Origin: Pseudomonadota bacterium
Lineage (GTDB): Bacteria; Bdellovibrionota; FAC87; UBA2466
NCBI GenBank assembly: GCA_043767805.1
Contig: JAYUGC010000009.1
Span: 1-18,632, forward strand
DNA length: 18,632 nucleotides
Direction: 5' to 3'
Position 1 is the stretch's first letter. Each line of letters begins with the position of its first letter. Shown piece by piece: positions 16,372 to 18,632 of the stretch. Below the pieces are notes generated by a model. It saw only the letters and a list, made by a program, of their open reading frames with translations. It did no database searches and was not told the DNA's origin. Both the position numbers and the translations under genes were made by a program.

Positions 16372-16544
16372 ACTGGTGAAACCCGGAACGAAGGGCGAAC
16401 CAGCGCGCGAGCTTCCACTCCATTCCCAAGTTCAAATGCTTGAAAAGCGAGCCTTGTCTCGCGCCCACATCGGGATCCGTTTGCCCACCCAGTCCGAGCA
16501 AGCGCCGGAGAGGAAAGCAAAACTCCAAGCAGCAGGAGAAAAGA

Positions 16545-16664
16545 AACACGCAGAGCGAGCGCGTCCTGCGAAAGTGCGGCTTCGTTTACGAAGACAGTAT
16601 GAAAAACTACTATCTAAAAGACGGAAACCTTCTTGGCGCGCGGATGTTCGCACGCTTTCCCTAG
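16545..16664 (+). pseudogene. C-terminal remnant of a RimJ/RimL-type GNAT acetyltransferase
   Basis: NTQSERVLRKCGFVYEDSMKNYYLKDGNLLGARMFAR fits the GNAT motif N.aS.RVLeK.GF..EG.lr....kdG...D...ya. The upstream in-frame sequence is not GNAT-like and is too short for a whole domain. Confidence 0.65.
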
Positions 16665-18004
16665 GCGGCCTTTTTCGTTTCGAGCTCTCTGAGCCGCGCG
16701 TCGACCTGCCCGCGCTCTAGGCGGTAGGCGGTCGTCTCTTCTTCCCACATGATATCGCTCATGAGGCCTGACGCGCGGTCCTCATTGGCTTTGACGAGAT
16801 AGCTGTCTAGTACCTGCAAGCGATGGCGCAAAACCGCAAGCCGATCGTCGAGATCCGCCGGGGCGGGGGCCGCGGGAGAAGAGGGATCGAGCGAGGAAAG
16901 CGCATCGTCCCTCCGCTCGAACACATCGTCAAACGCCTCGACGTCGGGCTCGGGAGCAGGAGGCTCCTGGCGCGGCGGCGGCATCGGCCACACCTCGTTT
17001 ACTTCCGGCGCCGCGGGCGGAGCCGAGGCCGCGACTGCGGCTTCGACGGGAGCAGTAACGGGCTCGCTCGGGACGGGCGTTACCTTCGGAGCCGCCGACG
17101 GGACGGTACCCTGGACTCGTTTCGCGCTCTCGTTGGTATAAACGACGGCGCGGCGATCGGTCGAATAGACGGTTTCCTCCGCAACGTCGTTATTGGACGT
17201 GTCGTTCCAGAGAAATTCCAAGGCGCTCGAGAACTTGTTCACCATCGCATAGTAGATTCCCTCGGGGTTCAACATGGCGTTGATGATGGTGAGCATGACG
17301 CTAAAAATAATGCCGATGCTGGAGGCACCCATAGAAAAAGCCATGTTCAACAAAAACTTGTCCATGACATCCTTGGTCTTCGCCACGTCATTCATATCGA
17401 TATGAGAGAGCTCGGGAAGAGCGCTCATCACGCCTAGAAACGTTCCGAAGATGCCGCCGACCACGAAGAGCCCCGGAAGAATGTTCAAGAGGTCGTTGAA
17501 CATACCGAGCGGAAAAAGACCAAGCACGCGGTTGAAGACGGGATTGGACTCGAATACGAACTTCGAGATATCGACGAAGCGGGGCGTTTGGCCGCCCTTT
17601 CGCAAATACTTCGTCTGGCTGAGGGTGTCGCCAATGAGCCGCCGGGCGCCTTCCACCACCAGAAACACCCGATCGGAAATGCTAGTGATCTGATCGAAAC
17701 GGCGTCTCCGGTGCTTACGCCGCAGATTGTAATGCTCTTCGAACGTCCGCTCGAGAAGCTTACGGGTCAGCTCGTGGAACGAGCTCACGTTCGGAATGTA
17801 GGAAGGGTCCGCGAGATACTTGTGCACCCGTTTCTCGAACTCCAGCGCGAAAGCGGACTCCGCTTTCACGGTCAGGAAGATGATGAGCCGGATGGTCACG
17901 CCAAGCACGAACGCGGCGCACAGGATGGGCAGGAGGGCGTGCCCGCCGACTTCCACCATGAGACGGACGCCTTGATTGATGTATTGATTGAAGACTAGCC
18001 ACAT
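16661..18004 (-). CDS. MotA/TolQ/ExbB-like membrane protein with Pro-rich linker and C-terminal helical domain
   Basis: One N-terminal TM helix and a cytoplasmic loop, then LPGLFVVGGIFGTFLGVMSAL...MAFSMGASSIGIIFSV (MotA/ExbB TM pair). SD GAGG. Confidence 0.75.
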   Translation of the reverse strand: MWLVFNQYINQGVRLMVEVGGHALLPILCAAFVLGVTIRLIIFLTVKAESAFALEFEKRVHKYLADPSYIPNVSSFHELTRKLLERTFEEHYNLRRKHRRRRFDQITSISDRVFLVVEGARRLIGDTLSQTKYLRKGGQTPRFVDISKFVFESNPVFNRVLGLFPLGMFNDLLNILPGLFVVGGIFGTFLGVMSALPELSHIDMNDVAKTKDVMDKFLLNMAFSMGASSIGIIFSVMLTIINAMLNPEGIYYAMVNKFSSALEFLWNDTSNNDVAEETVYSTDRRAVVYTNESAKRVQGTVPSAAPKVTPVPSEPVTAPVEAAVAASAPPAAPEVNEVWPMPPPRQEPPAPEPDVEAFDDVFERRDDALSSLDPSSPAAPAPADLDDRLAVLRHRLQVLDSYLVKANEDRASGLMSDIMWEEETTAYRLERGQVDARLRELETKKAA

Positions 18005-18015
18005 AAGTTAACCTC

Positions 18016-18632
18016 TCACTCCTTGAAGTGAAACTTGATGACGACCTTTTGCGCTTTCGTGCAGTCGTACTTGGCACAATATTGCTCGCCGGACATTTCC
18101 TTGCCGTCTTTCGTGCCTTCCGCCCGCAGATAGCCCTGCCCCGTGACCTTCGCCATGGGGAGGAGCTCGTTCTGGTACTTGTACTTGAAGCGCTTCGGGT
18201 TGAAGGCGAAATCGAAAATGGATTTAGCGCGCTGGTAGCTCAGATCCATGTTGTAGTCGACCGCTTTGCGCGCTTCGGGACGCAGATCCTTCGGATTCAC
18301 GTAGGCGCCCTTATAGGTCGGAGAGGCGAAGCCCACTATCTCCACGGAAGCGATCCGTTGGGCGAGCTTCTCGTCTTCCAAGATGCTTTTCGCATAAGCC
18401 GGCATCGCGTTTTGCAAAACGTGGCGCATGCCGTCTTTCAGGCCCGATTTTCCGGTATCGAAGTACTCTTCGCCGAACTGGATCTGCACTTCGCCGGTCT
18501 TCACGTTGATGTCCGCCTTGATGCCGGAGCGGGCGAAGTTCTCTTTGATCTTCTTGGCGAGCGCGGTGCGATCCATTTCCCTCTGGCGAAGCGCCGCGAG
18601 CTCGCGTTGCATGTCCTGGTTCGTATCGGAGA
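18016..18632 (-). CDS. 5'-truncated OmpA/MotB-like peptidoglycan-binding domain protein with preceding coiled-coil
   Basis: YFDTGKSGLK, VEIVGFAS, YNMDLSYQRAKSI, VTGQGY and QKVVIKF fit the OmpA_C-like pattern. The frame remains open to the window end. Confidence 0.8.
   Translation of the reverse strand, partial: SDTNQDMQRELAALRQREMDRTALAKKIKENFARSGIKADINVKTGEVQIQFGEEYFDTGKSGLKDGMRHVLQNAMPAYAKSILEDEKLAQRIASVEIVGFASPTYKGAYVNPKDLRPEARKAVDYNMDLSYQRAKSIFDFAFNPKRFKYKYQNELLPMAKVTGQGYLRAEGTKDGKEMSGEQYCAKYDCTKAQKVVIKFHFKE

Overview
GC-rich bacterial DNA, most likely Bdellovibrionota/Oligoflexia-like. That assignment is an inference from an RxPAS-motif secreted protein, an ASH-domain lipoprotein and a MotB/OmpA-like plus MotA-like gene pair. 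The left third (1-6326) looks like a candidate RiPP-type biosynthetic cluster that is cut by the window edge. It contains the C-terminal part of an S24/S26-like peptidase, two paralogous GT2 glycosyltransferases, a B12-dependent radical SAM enzyme, a radical SAM/SPASM(Twitch) enzyme, a Pol-beta-superfamily nucleotidyltransferase-like protein and a PqqD/RRE protein. The RRE protein carries its own C-terminal YxxPxLxxxG leader-like motif followed by a short Thr-rich tail, which suggests an RRE-precursor fusion; this is the main finding. The rest of the window holds envelope and secreted-protein genes: a secreted low-complexity protein, a secreted caspase-fold (clan CD) protease, an Slt-type lytic transglycosylase, an Ig/ASH lipoprotein, two divergent GT-C membrane glycosyltransferases (one TMTC-like) with overlapping and probably leaderless promoters, a sigma54-driven lectin-fold lipoprotein, a GNAT remnant and the MotB/MotA-like pair. 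No rRNA, tRNA, CRISPR array or transposase was seen. All family calls come from recognising motifs by eye, not from database searches.
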